A DNA stretch of 64,000 bases, from positions 224,001 through 288,000 of the forward strand of contig CBDDBZ010000032.1 in assembly GCA_965225945.1 (NCBI GenBank), given 5' to 3'. Source of the stretch: Alphaproteobacteria bacterium (GTDB lineage Bacteria > Pseudomonadota > Alphaproteobacteria > GCA-2731375). Positions within the stretch are counted from its first letter, which is position 1. Each line of letters begins with the position of its first letter. Positions 49,687 to 62,941 of the stretch are shown one piece after another. The position numbers and the translations under genes are program-made. Below the pieces are notes generated by a model. The model was not told where the DNA came from. It saw nothing but the letters and a program-made list of their open reading frames with translations, and searched no databases.

Positions 49687-50583
49687 CTATTTGCTGCCCG
49701 AAGGCGCCACCGGGCCGGGGCCGACGACGGGCTTGCCCTCCATGGTGTAGACCTCGACCTTGGCCCCGGCGCGGAGCTCGGCGAGGATCTCGGCGATCTT
49801 CTCCTGGGCGATCTGGCTGCGGATCTGGTCGCGCACCTGCTCAAAGGCGGGGCCGGCGCCGGCGCGCCGCGCCTCCACCTTGATGATGTGCCAGCCGAAC
49901 CGGGTCTGGACCGGCTCGGAGACCGCGCCCGGCGCCAGCGCGAAGGCCACCTCGGCGAAGGCCGGTACCATGTCGCGCTTGCGGAAGAAGCCGAGATCGC
50001 CGCCCCGGGGCCCGGACGGGCCCTTGGAACGGGTCTTCGCCAGCTCGGCGAAGTCGGCGCCGCCCGCGAGCTCGACGGCCACCGCGCGGGCGTCGAGCTC
50101 GCTCTCCAGCAGGATGTGGCGGGCCCGCACCTCCTCCTCGCCCCGCCTGCCGGCGGCGTCGCGCTCCCAGCGGGCGCGAACCGCCTCCTCAGCCAGCAGT
50201 GGCTGGACATGGCGGGTCGCGAAGGCCTCCAGCAGCACCAGATCCCGTGCCCGGCGCAGCAGGCGGGCGACGATCGGATCCTTCGCCATGCCAGTCCGCT
50301 CCGCCTCGCGCGCCATCAGACGGCGCTCCACGACGCTGGCCACCAACTGGGGATAGATTTGCTCCAGCGCCATCTCGCGGTACTGCTCGGGCAGTCCCAG
50401 ACGCTCGATTTCGAGCTCCGAGAGGTACAACGCATCGCCGTCGATGCGGGCGATCACGGTATCGGCGCCCGCCTGTTCCGCGCCCGCGCCGCTCGCGCCG
50501 AGCTGGATCGTCTGGGCGCCCGAGGGCGCGGCGGCGAGAACGGTCGCGAGCCCGAAGGCCGCGAGCGGGGGAAGCAAATGCAT
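49687..50583 (-). CDS. Parvulin-type peptidyl-prolyl isomerase (PrsA-like)
   Basis: VRARHILL, FAELAK..S, GGDLGFF, PVQTRFGWHIIK; divergent from secA. Confidence 0.93.
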   Translation of the reverse strand: MHLLPPLAAFGLATVLAAAPSGAQTIQLGASGAGAEQAGADTVIARIDGDALYLSELEIERLGLPEQYREMALEQIYPQLVASVVERRLMAREAERTGMAKDPIVARLLRRARDLVLLEAFATRHVQPLLAEEAVRARWERDAAGRRGEEEVRARHILLESELDARAVAVELAGGADFAELAKTRSKGPSGPRGGDLGFFRKRDMVPAFAEVAFALAPGAVSEPVQTRFGWHIIKVEARRAGAGPAFEQVRDQIRSQIAQEKIAEILAELRAGAKVEVYTMEGKPVVGPGPVAPSGSK

Positions 50584-50892
50584 GCCTGGAATCCTTCACT
50601 GTCGCGCGATCCCCTCGGGACGCCGTCGGACCGGCCCGATACGCCGTCCGCGCCGCATGATCGGCGGCTCCCGGCGAGCTGGCAAGCGAGGCATCGCTCG
50701 TTTCGAGCTCGCTCGAGGCCGCCCGCCCGCCTGTGTCCGGGCGGAACCGAACCGGACGCGGGCCCGCGTTGACAGCTCCGGCGTCGGTGCTTATGTCTGG
50801 CCACACGGCGAGAGAGGCCTCCCTCGCTCCACCGCTCTCCGCTCGCCGTCGCCGGTAACCGAGGGCCGTTCACGAGGATAGAGCGCGCCACC

Positions 50893-53640
<2,748 letters not shown>

Positions 53641-53654
53641 ACGCGCGGGCGACG

Positions 53655-54830
53655 ATGACCGCCCCCAGGCCCTTCGAGATTCGCGTTTCCGACGAGGTGC
53701 TGGCGGACCTGGCCGCGCGGCTGGCGCGGGTGCGGGCGCCCTTGGCCAGCCCGGCCGAGGCCGGCTGGCACCATGGCATGGAGCCCGGCTACATGTCTCG
53801 CCTGCTGGCCTATTGGCGGGACGAATTCGATTGGCGGCGCATCGAGGCCGGCCTCAACCGGCATCCCCAATTCATCGCCGAGGTGGCTTTGGACGGGGCC
53901 GAGACGCCGCTCGAGATCCACTACATCCATCAACCGGGCGAGGGCGAGGCGAGGCTCCCCCTCCTGCTGCTCCACGGTTGGCCCGGATCGGTCGCGGAGT
54001 TCCAGGAGGTGATCGGTCCCCTGACGGAACCCGAGGCGCATGGCGGCCAGGCGGCGGACGGCTTCGAGGTCGTGGCGCCGTCGCTGCCGGGCTACGGCTT
54101 CTCCTCGGCGCCGGCCGGGCCGATCGGCCCGCGCGCTATCGCGGGCGTCATGCATCGGCTGATGACCGAGGTCCTGGGCCACCAGCGCTATATCGTGCAG
54201 GGCGGCGACTGGGGCGCCATCATCTCCGCCTGGATCGCGGTGGATCATCCCGAGGCGGTGCTCGGCGCGCACCTCAACATGGCGGCGCTTCGCCCGGCGA
54301 TCGGCCCCGACGACGCGGCGATGAGCGCCGACGAGAAGAGCTGGATCGAGAGCGCGCGCCGCCACTTGCGCCACGAGACCGCCTATCAAGACGTGCATGC
54401 GACCAAATCGGAGAGCCTGGCCTGGGGGCTGATGGATTCGCCCGCCGGCCTCGCCGCCTGGATCGTCGAGAAGTTCCACGGCTGGACCGATCCCGAGGCG
54501 AGCGAGCCGCCCTTCACCATGGACCAGTTGCTCGCCAACGTGATGATCTACTGGGTCACGGGCACGATCAATTCCTCCACCTGGCTCTATCGCGGGGCCA
54601 GGGAGAGTGGCGATCTCAGGGCCTCCGAAGGTGCGCGGATCGAGGTTCCCTGCGCTTACCTTCTGGCGCCGAGCGATCTGGTGCCGCCGCCGCCGACGAG
54701 CTGGCTCGCCCGCGTCGGCAACGTCACGCGGCGACGCGATCTCGCTAAGGGCGGCCATTTCGTCGCGCTGGAGAACGGCCCCGCCCTGGTCGAGGATATC
54801 CGTGCCTTCGCCCGCGACCATCTCCGCTGA
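53655..54830 (+). CDS. Epoxide hydrolase (EHN + alpha/beta hydrolase)
   Basis: HGWPGS, PSLPGYGFS, QGGDWG, GGHFVALE. Confidence 0.92.
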   Translation: MTAPRPFEIRVSDEVLADLAARLARVRAPLASPAEAGWHHGMEPGYMSRLLAYWRDEFDWRRIEAGLNRHPQFIAEVALDGAETPLEIHYIHQPGEGEARLPLLLLHGWPGSVAEFQEVIGPLTEPEAHGGQAADGFEVVAPSLPGYGFSSAPAGPIGPRAIAGVMHRLMTEVLGHQRYIVQGGDWGAIISAWIAVDHPEAVLGAHLNMAALRPAIGPDDAAMSADEKSWIESARRHLRHETAYQDVHATKSESLAWGLMDSPAGLAAWIVEKFHGWTDPEASEPPFTMDQLLANVMIYWVTGTINSSTWLYRGARESGDLRASEGARIEVPCAYLLAPSDLVPPPPTSWLARVGNVTRRRDLAKGGHFVALENGPALVEDIRAFARDHLR

Positions 54831-55296
54831 GGCGCCCCGCCTCCGCACCGTCGGCTACGAGGGCGCCGGCATCGCCCGCTTTCTCGCCACGCTGGCCGCC
54901 GCGGGAATCGAGGTGCTGATCGACGTCCGCGCCCGGCCCTGGTCGCGCAATCCCGATTTCGTGAAATGCAATCTCTTGGGCCATGTGACGGCGGCCGGCA
55001 TGGGGTATCGGCACCTGGAATTGCTGGGGAGCCCGGACGCGCTCAGGGCCGCCGCGCGCGCGAGCGATTGCGATGCCTTTCCGGCGGGCTACCTCCGCCA
55101 CCTGGAAACCCCGGCGGCGCGCCGCGCCAGCGAGCTCGTCGTCGAACTCGCCCGCGAGCGCGCCGTGGCATTGATGTGCATGGAGGCCGATCCCGCCCGC
55201 TGCCACCGCTCCCTTCTCGCCGGGTGGTTGGCGGAGAAATATGGCTTCCGCGTCGCGCACCTCCACTGCGACCGGCAGGCCGCCTTCGACTTCTGA
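54802..55296 (+). CDS. DUF488 family protein
   Basis: TVGYEG, LIDVR..PWSR, LMCMEADPARCHRS; GTG start uncertain. Confidence 0.8.
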   Translation: MPSPATISAEAPRLRTVGYEGAGIARFLATLAAAGIEVLIDVRARPWSRNPDFVKCNLLGHVTAAGMGYRHLELLGSPDALRAAARASDCDAFPAGYLRHLETPAARRASELVVELARERAVALMCMEADPARCHRSLLAGWLAEKYGFRVAHLHCDRQAAFDF

Positions 55297-55440
55297 TGCC
55301 GCGCGGAAGGATGCGTCGGCGGGCAATTAACCCGGATTTCGGCGAACCGGCGCGGCATTCGAGCCCCGCGACATGGCAAGGTGACGCCCGGTCCGGGCCC
55401 TTCGCGGGCGAAAACGACGAGTCGCCGGCAGTATATCTTA

Positions 55441-56492
55441 CGTCCCTATCTGGTTAACGTCCCTATCTGGTTAAAGCAGGATGGGCTCCGAATGTTCTTG
55501 ATATGTTCTCCATAGAGGTGTAGGCTGATCGCATCGGCTGGAGCTTTTGGAGGACTATTCGATGAGCGGGATATTGGAGTTCCTCGAACGCCATGGATCG
55601 GAGGCGGACTGCATCGAGGCGCTGGCTCGGCTGCGCTGGCCGCAAGGCTACGTCTGCGCGCGTTGCGGCGAGAGGCGGAACTACCTTGAAGACGCGGCCG
55701 CGGGTGAATGGCCGGTTGCGGCCATTCGGTGACCGCGGGCACGTCTTCGTTGCGCAAATGGTTCCTGGCGGCTGGATGGGGCGCGAGCGCGGGGTCTCGG
55801 CGCTGTTTCTGTCGCGAGAGTTGAGCCTTACGACACCGCCTGGCTGATGGCCCCAAGCTGCGCCATGCCCTGACGGAGCGCCCGGAGTTCCCGCTGGAGG
55901 GCTTGGTCGAGGTCGACGAGAGCTATTACGGCGGGCGGGGCAAGCCGGAGAGCCGGGGGCGCGGGCTTTCCAACCCGAACAAGAGCCTGTTGGTGATGGC
56001 GGTCGAGAAGTGGCCGGTCGGGTCGGGCAAGGGCATCAAGGGGAGCGGCTTCGCCGCCGGCGCCGCGCGGCTCGCCATCCTGCCCGAGGCCACCGCCCGT
56101 GAGTTGGGCGACTTCGTGCGCGCCTCGGTGAAGCCGGGAAGCCGCCTCGACAGCGACGCTTTCAAGAGTTACGCCAAGCTTGGCGATACTTATCGCCACC
56201 AGCCCGTCGTTCAAGGCCAAGGCAAGAACGCCGAGCAGCTCATGCCGGTCGTCCATGTCCTGTTTTCCAACGTGAAGACGTGGCTCAACGGAACCTACCA
56301 CGGGGTGAGCGCCAAGCATTTGCCGCGCTACGTCCGGGAATGGAACTACCGCTTCAACCGGCGCAAACGCATCTTCGACCTTGCCGATTTCGTGTTGCAC
56401 CGCGCCATGACCCGACCGACCATCACCTACAGGGAACTGGTCGACGGTATACAATCGCAGGGAGCGCTGCCTGCCCTAACCGGATAGGGACG
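55441..56492 (+). mobile_element. IS1595-family element copy A (decayed)
   Basis: TIRs cgtccctatc(t/c)ggtta; 8-bp TSD atatctta at 55433-55440 and 56493-56500. Confidence 0.9.
55547..56487 (+). pseudogene. IS1595 transposase with multiple small deletions
   Basis: RWPQGYVCARC N-terminus; VEVDESYYG..YRFNRR C-terminal part matches copy B. Confidence 0.9.
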
Positions 56493-56604
56493 ATATCTTA
56501 AATTCAGAATATGAAGGTATCGATCAAAGCATTGAAATGAATTGGCTTTCTTGAGCCGCGTGCGGCCGGTGGGATTTCGTTCTGCAAATTCTTCGATTTT
56601 TCTA

Positions 56605-56647
56605 TACGGCGGGCGGGGCAAGCCGGAGAGCCGGGGGCGCGGGCTTT
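56605..56647 (+). repeat. 43-bp exact copy of an IS1595-internal segment
   Basis: Identical to 55927-55969 and to the reverse complement of 63605-63647. Confidence 0.9.
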
Positions 56648-56719
56648 ATATCCAATATACCGTATTTGCAGTACTATTAATAACTGATCTATTCTCTCAC
56701 CCCCGAGATGCGCACAATA

Positions 56720-56797
56720 GGGGTCAGCGCAAATGGGTGCCCCTTGACCGCTATGCAAAATGCAAGACCTGACCCCCAGCTTGTGACCCCCAGCTTG
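56720..56797. repeat. REP-like GGGGTCA...TGCAAGACCTGACCCC element (R3) with duplicated end
   Basis: ggggtcag at 56720; tgacccccagcttg x2 at 56770-56797. Confidence 0.65.
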
Positions 56798-56804
56798 CAG
56801 ATCT

Positions 56805-57296
56805 CAAGAACACAAGTCACCCGAATACTTTGTGATCAATCCCAACGGCGCGTTGCCGGCTTTAGTCGATCGCGATCTGAAACTATGGGAATCGAACGCG
56901 ATTCTGCAATATGCCGCAGACAAGGTTGGTGCGTCCGCAGCCTATCCCCAGGATCTTCAGGTGCGAGGGGATATCAACCGCTGGCTTTTGTGGGAGGCAA
57001 GCGCCTGGTTTCCAACCTGCTATGTGTATCTCGTGGAGAACTTCGCTAAGCCCCGATTAGGAGATCCGCCTGACCCGAAAGTCCTCGAAGCGGAAGCACC
57101 GAATTTCCATAAGCTCGCCGGCATTTTGGATACACGATTGGCCGGACAAGCATGGATCTGTACGACGCCGGACCCCACGATTGCCGACATCTTCATGGCT
57201 TCTCCCATGCATTTGGGTCATCGCCAAAAGTTGCCATTAGAGGAGTATCCGAACCTTCGCGCCTGGATGGGCCGGATCGAAGACCTGCCATGCTGA
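56805..57296 (+). pseudogene. Glutathione S-transferase, N-terminally truncated
   Basis: QEHKSPEYFVINPNGALPAL, LWESNAILQY, PTIAD; start region missing. Confidence 0.85.
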
Positions 57297-57464
57297 AAGA
57301 GCACGGACGTCACGTCCTTGCTGGGTCTGAACTAGACCTCTGAGAATTCCTACGCCGCATACCTTGGCGACGCGCGTTGATTTTTGATCGGGTACTGTTT
57401 GCGTAATGCCTCGGCGCAGCACCAAGTACCAAGATGGCTGGTTACAGGTAATGAGTGGGAACAG

Positions 57465-59155
57465 TCATTCCGGTAGTCCGGCTTGGTGCAGAAAATCAAG
57501 GAGGCGGCCGAGATCTTTTTGGTTCTTGAAAGGTAGTGTTCTGGAGAGGTTGCGAAGCGAGTATACGGGGTTCAATCCGAGTAGTTCCTTTACCTCGACC
57601 CTTGCCTCGTCAAGCCTACCCAAGGCTACAAGGGACGCCGCCAGACCGCCCCGATTGATTGGATTATCGGGACCCGAATTCAAGGCTTCTAAGAATGCTC
57701 TCTCTGCCTCTACATAATTGCCAAGAACAAATTGCGTACGGCCGAGTTGGCCGCTGTAAGAAGCCGGTAATTGTGGATTTATCTCCATGGCTATTTTCAT
57801 ATTGGCCAGGCCCTCTTCAGCACGCTCGGCATGTGTGAGGATGTGGCATAAGATTGCGTACCCATCAGCGCTATTTGGATTTAACTTTATGGCTCTTTGC
57901 AGGCTGTCAATTGCGCGGTCGTGAAGACGCACATGGAGTTCCGCCATGCCAAGCATCAGGTGACTGGCCGGCGCCTTGTCGTCTAACACGACGGTCTCTC
58001 GCGCTAGTTCATGGCTTTGCCTGAACGCACCTTCGATATCCTCGACCCATTGATACCCTCCTCGGTTAAGGTACACCCAGGCCAGCAACCTGTAAGCCCC
58101 GGCGAATCTTGGCGCCAAGTTCTTGGCTTTCTCACCTAGCTTGCGCGCTTCTTCGTTATCCGAGCGGGTGAAGCGCCGGTAATGGGCAAAACCCCGCGAA
58201 ACCAGGTCGTAGGCATTTGCGTGGTTCGGATCCCCGCCGATGGCCCGCGCCATGCCATCCTCAAAGATCAATTCACCAAGAGTGCTGGCAATAATCCGTG
58301 TGACCTCGTCCTGTACCTCGAAAGTATCTTTCAGATCACGATCGTAGCGCTCTGCCCACAAGTGAGTGCCGATCGTTCCGTCGATCAATTGGGCGGTGAT
58401 GCGAAGCCGCTGGCCGGCTCGACGTACGCTACCTTCCAGCACGTACCGAGCGCCGAGCTCCTGGGCAATTTTCGTAGGATCAGTCGGGCTGCCCTTATAA
58501 ATGAAAGTCGCGTTTCGGGCGATGACGTGAAAGCCCCTGTAGCGAGAGAGCTCGGTAATAATGTCTTCGGTGAGGCCGTCGGCGAAGGCCTCCTGCTCGG
58601 GATCGCCCGAAATGTTGTCGAAAGGCAGCACGGCGATGGAGGGCTTGTCGGGAAGGGAGAGTTCGACTTGTGCCGCGTCTTTCGTCGCTGTGTCGGCGGC
58701 CCAATGCCAAGTACGGACCGCTTGGGCAATATTCTTGAATTCCTGTTTCCCGCCATCCGTCAAGGCGAGATCGAGGCGTCCCCGTACCTGGCGCATGACG
58801 TCGTCGGAGATACAAATGCCCCCGGGCTTGGCCTCGCCCTCTAGGTGTGCGGCGATGTTGACGCCGTCCCCATGGATATCATCTCCATCGACCACCACAT
58901 CGCCAAGGTTAATACCAATGCGGATCTCTATGCGGCGGTCTTCGGGGACATCTGCATTACGTTCGATCATGGCCCGCTGGATAGTTACAGCACATTCGAC
59001 CGCTGCCACGGCGCTGGGGAACTCCACAAGGCGACTGTCGCCTGCGGTGCTGACCAGGCGTCCACCAAAGGCTTCGGTCGTCGGGTCCCAAAGTTCCGAC
59101 CTATGTGCCCGCATTGCCGCGAGGGTGCCGGCCTCATCCCCTGAAATCAGGCGGA
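57465..59155 (-). pseudogene. Class III cyclase-TolB-like-TPR protein, 5'-truncated by IS256
   Basis: RLISGDEAGTL, RIGINLGDV, GDGVNIAAHL, KPSIAVLPFDN, TPRs; first metal-binding Asp region replaced by IS sequence. Confidence 0.88.
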
Positions 59156-59190
59156 GCAACCTGATGTGTGGAAATTCGGAACGCCGTTGA

Positions 59191-60369
59191 TCAGTCATCC
59201 TCTGCTTTCCAAGTGATGTAGGGTTTTTCGGTGGTTTCCCATTTCTCGTCGATTTCGACGAGGATGGCGGTGACCAGACGTTCGAGCGAGGCCTCGTTGG
59301 GAAAGACCCTGACCTTTACGGTGCGGCGCTTGATCTCCTGCTGGATGGATCGCTCCATGGGGTTCGAGGTTCGCATGCGCTTTTGGTGGCGCTCGGGCAG
59401 GGCGAAGACGGCGAGGCCCTCGGGGATCGCCGTCTCCAGCCAATCGGCGAGCTTGGGGGCGCTGTCGCGGTAGGCCGCCACCAGATGGCCCAGCTCGGCC
59501 TCGGCGGCCTTGCCGTCGGCGGCGTTCCAGACCCGGCGCAGCTCCTTGCCGATGGCCTTTCGGATGGCGAGGTTGGGGGCGTGATGGATGGCGTTTTGAG
59601 CCAGATGGTACTGACAGCGCTGCCAGACGGCGCCGCCGAGGACGGCCTTGCGCGCGGCGCCGAGGCCTGGATGATCATCGGAAACGATATAGGCGACACC
59701 GCGCATGCCACGGGCAACCAGGGTCTCCAGGAAGGCGCGCCAGTGCACTTCGGCCTCGGAGAGCGCACAGGAAACACCGAGCACCCGGCGGCGCTGGTCG
59801 GGGCCGATGCCGATCACCGAGAGCACGGCGGCGTCGCGCACCACGCCACCCTCTCGGACTTTCTCATAGCGCGCGTCGAGGAGCAGGTAGCGGATCTCGC
59901 CCAGCGGCCGGTTGCGCCAGGCATCCAGCTCCCCATCCAAGAGCTTGGCGGCGCGGCTGACCTGGCTCGACGACAGGCTCTCCAGGCCGAACTCGCGCAT
60001 CACCGCCTCGGCGTCACGGGTGGAGACGCCTTTGATATACATCTCCGCCACGGCCAGCATGACAGCGCGGCAGGAGCGCCGTCCGCGCTCCAGGGCTTGG
60101 GGGTAAAAAGGCGCCTCATGACCGGCGGTCTTGGGAACCTCGAGCCTCACCGTACCGGCCGGGGTGTCGATCTTCTTGGGTCTGGTGCCGTTGGCGTATC
60201 CCCGCCGCTCGGGCGTGCGCTCATAGTGGCCGGCGCCCAAGAACCTCTCCCGCTCGATCCGCATGGCGAGATTGAAAAGGCCGGCGAAGACCGTCGCCAT
60301 GTTCTCGCTACCGCCTTCGATCAATTGTTCCACCAAAGCCTCGACAGCGCTATCCTGGTCTTTCCGCAT
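59191..60369 (-). CDS. IS256-family transposase
   Basis: EMYIKGVSTR, LDARYEKVR, VSDDHPGL, WQRCQYH, RTSNPMER. Confidence 0.93.
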   Translation of the reverse strand: MRKDQDSAVEALVEQLIEGGSENMATVFAGLFNLAMRIERERFLGAGHYERTPERRGYANGTRPKKIDTPAGTVRLEVPKTAGHEAPFYPQALERGRRSCRAVMLAVAEMYIKGVSTRDAEAVMREFGLESLSSSQVSRAAKLLDGELDAWRNRPLGEIRYLLLDARYEKVREGGVVRDAAVLSVIGIGPDQRRRVLGVSCALSEAEVHWRAFLETLVARGMRGVAYIVSDDHPGLGAARKAVLGGAVWQRCQYHLAQNAIHHAPNLAIRKAIGKELRRVWNAADGKAAEAELGHLVAAYRDSAPKLADWLETAIPEGLAVFALPERHQKRMRTSNPMERSIQQEIKRRTVKVRVFPNEASLERLVTAILVEIDEKWETTEKPYITWKAEDD

Positions 60370-60421
60370 ACTGGTTCTCCATGTTTGTTTGGACGCTTTC
60401 ATGGATAACCAAAATGACGGA

Positions 60422-60457
60422 TCGCCCCGCGCCGGGGTATACCCCGGCGCGGGGCGA
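60422..60457. repeat. Perfect 36-bp palindrome upstream of the IS256 transposase
   Basis: tcgccccgcgccggggta|taccccggcgcggggcga. Confidence 0.92.
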
Positions 60458-60611
60458 AGCCAAATTTCCAGACCTCACGCTACACAAGGTAGTCCATAGG
60501 AGGGGCCCGCGCGCGGGCCGACGCGCCCACCACGCGGCTGGCGGCGGACCGCGCGTGGGAGGTTCCTGTGGGCCCACCTGGGCGACCGGGCGGCAGGTGG
60601 ATCGGTTGCCT

Positions 60612-61340
60612 TTAGGACCGATTCTTGAAGCGCCAGGAGTCGTTTCCGGTCTCGATGATCTCGCAGTGGTGCGTCAGACGATCGAGGAGCGCGGTGGTCA
60701 TCTTGGCGTCGCCGAAGACGGACGGCCATTCGCCGAAGGTCAGGTTGGTGGTGACGATGATCGAGGTGCGCTCGTAGAGCCGGCTGACGAGGTGGAACAG
60801 CAGCTGGCCTCCGGTTTGGGCGAAGGGCAGGTAGCCGAGCTCGTCGAGGATGACGAGGTCGCGCCGGGCCAGCTGATCGGCGAGCCGGCCCTGGCGGCCG
60901 GCGCGGGCTTCGGCCTCGAGCCGGTTGACCAGGTCGACGACGTTGAAGAAGCGGCCCCGGGCGCCATCGCGGATGCAGGCCCGCGCGATGGCGACGGCGA
61001 GATGGCTCTTGCCGGTGCCGGTGCCGCCGATCAGCACGGCGTTGCGCTGGTTGGCCAGGAAGCCGCCGACCGCCAACTCGCGGACCAGCGGCTCGTTGAC
61101 CGGGGTGTCGGTGAAGTCGAAGTCGGCCAGCTCCTTGGCCAGCGGCAGCTTGGCGCCACTCATCTGGTACTTGATGGATCGCGCCTGCTTGTCGGCGATC
61201 TCGGCCTTCAACAGCTCGCCGATGATTCGCTGCATCGGATGCTGGCGCTTGAGGCCGTCGGCGAGCACCTCGTCGAACGCGTCGCGCATGCCGGCGAGCT
61301 TGAGTGCGGCCATCATCTCCAGGACCTCATGGCGCTCCAT
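60612..61340 (-). CDS. istB: IS21-family helper ATPase IstB
   Basis: [28 protein letters not shown]. Confidence 0.95.
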   Translation of the reverse strand: MERHEVLEMMAALKLAGMRDAFDEVLADGLKRQHPMQRIIGELLKAEIADKQARSIKYQMSGAKLPLAKELADFDFTDTPVNEPLVRELAVGGFLANQRNAVLIGGTGTGKSHLAVAIARACIRDGARGRFFNVVDLVNRLEAEARAGRQGRLADQLARRDLVILDELGYLPFAQTGGQLLFHLVSRLYERTSIIVTTNLTFGEWPSVFGDAKMTTALLDRLTHHCEIIETGNDSWRFKNRS

Positions 61341-62352
61341 GGCCGACCCCCCTCAAGCGGTCGTAGCGGGTGCAATCGGCCACCGGCTCAAAGCGAAGAC
61401 GCAGGTTCGCGGGCGTCGGGATCGGCGCCGTCTCGGACGGCTGGCGCCGACGATTGAGGATGTTGAGCACGACGTCGGCGCTGCACACGCCGCCAGCGAG
61501 CGCCTCGGCACAGGCGGCCTCCACCGCCGCCAGCCCATCCGCCAGCACGGCGGTGAGGATCTCGACCATCTGCCTGTCGCCGTCGTCGTGGCCGGCGAGC
61601 CGGACGCGCACGCGACCCAGGGCGCCGGGCAGCGCCCAGTCCTTGAACGGCGCGCCGTTACGAAGCGCACCGGGCTTCCTCGCCAGCACGGGCACGTAGT
61701 GCCACGGGTCATAGACGGTCTGGTCGCGGCCGAAGCGCCGGGCATGCTCGGCGACGATCTCGCCGTCCTGGCGGATGACGATGCGATCGGCGTAGGCATG
61801 GACCTCGACCGGACGGCCGACGGCGCGCGCCGCCACGCTGTACTTGTTGCTGTCGAAGCGCACCAGGCAGGTCTTCGACACCGACGCCGGGACCGCGTGG
61901 AAGCCGTCGAACGGCCCGCGATAGCCGACCAGGGACGGACGCTCGTCCTCGAACACCTGCCAGACAGTCCTGTCCTTGAACACCGGGTGGGGATGACGCC
62001 GGGCGTAGGCGACGCACTGGTCCAAGAGCCAGGCGTTGAGCTCGTCGTAGGTCTTGAAGCGCAGCCGCGGGGTGAAGAACCGACCGCGGATGATCCCGAC
62101 CTGGTTCTCGACCTGCCCCTTCTCCCATCCCGCTCCCGGCGTGCATGCTGTCGGTTCGACCAGGTAGTGGCCACACATCTGCACGAAGCGCCGGTTGAAC
62201 GCGCGCTCCTTGCCGATGAGGACGGTCTGCACCGCCGTCTTCATGTTGTCGTAGATGCCTCGCCGGCAGGCACCCTGGAACAGCCGGAATGCCCGGCCGT
62301 GGGCGTCGAACACCATCTCCTGGCTCTCGCGCGGATAAGCGCGGACGAAGAA
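61327..62352 (-). pseudogene. istA: IS21-family transposase IstA, 5'-truncated
   Basis: FVRAYPRESQEMVFDAH, YDNMKTAV, WEKGQVENQV; in-frame stop just upstream, HTH and first Asp missing. Confidence 0.9.
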
Positions 62353-62632
62353 TATTCCTTGCCTATCCGGTTATCACCCACACCCACTATATGTAGTGTG
62401 CACCCATTTTCCTGAGTAAAGCTCGGTGCAGGTCGAAGCGGAGATATCTCCGGCGATGCCGAGCAGGGACTCGGACGGCATTGTAGCGCCTTTTAGGCGA
62501 CACTTTAGCGTGGTGGAAATCCTAATCATTGAGTCGGATTTGGCAAAACGCCACGTTGCATAAAGGACCGTCACTTCATTGAAATTTATCTGAAATCGGA
62601 GGTGAACGACACCGATGGAATATTCCAGGAAA

Positions 62633-62941
62633 TCAGAGCTTCATTGAATTGTAGGATTCGAGTGCCGGATTATTCACAAATAGCTCTGTGAACTGGTTTT
62701 CAAGTTCGCTCAATACGCCATATGAAGTAAACGGATTGAGGATCACGTTCTTGCGTGTCGCTTCGTCTTCGCTGCGACTCAAAACGCGCAGGAGACTAAC
62801 AGGCGCGGACGGGTTCTTCGCAACGATTCGTGCCAGCGCGTCGCTTTCTTCGACTAGTGCCGTCAATCGCTCAGACGATGTCGTTTCATCAGCAGCTTCC
62901 CGTCTGGCCGTGGGTTTCTTCGTTTTTCCCTTGGTCGCCAC
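62633..62941 (-). CDS. Small protein with leucine-rich-repeat-variant-like VAKNP repeats
   Basis: ARIVAKNPSAPVSLLRVLS..TRKNVILNP..NNPAL; gggga RBS. Confidence 0.55.
   Translation of the reverse strand: MATKGKTKKPTARREAADETTSSERLTALVEESDALARIVAKNPSAPVSLLRVLSRSEDEATRKNVILNPFTSYGVLSELENQFTELFVNNPALESYNSMKL

Larger units (their letters stand above)
59156..60485 (-). mobile_element. IS256-family insertion sequence (ends approximate)
   Basis: Imperfect IRs tgatgtgtggaaattcgg / tgaggtctggaaatttgg; no TSD found. Confidence 0.8.

Noticed and set aside
54802-55296. DUF488 as part of a defence cassette
   Set aside because: Single gene with host-like GC coupled to the secA-epoxide hydrolase run; no partner genes visible
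62386-62400. Functional NrdR operator
   Set aside because: No ribonucleotide reductase gene nearby and no tandem box; kept only as an alternative reading of the motif
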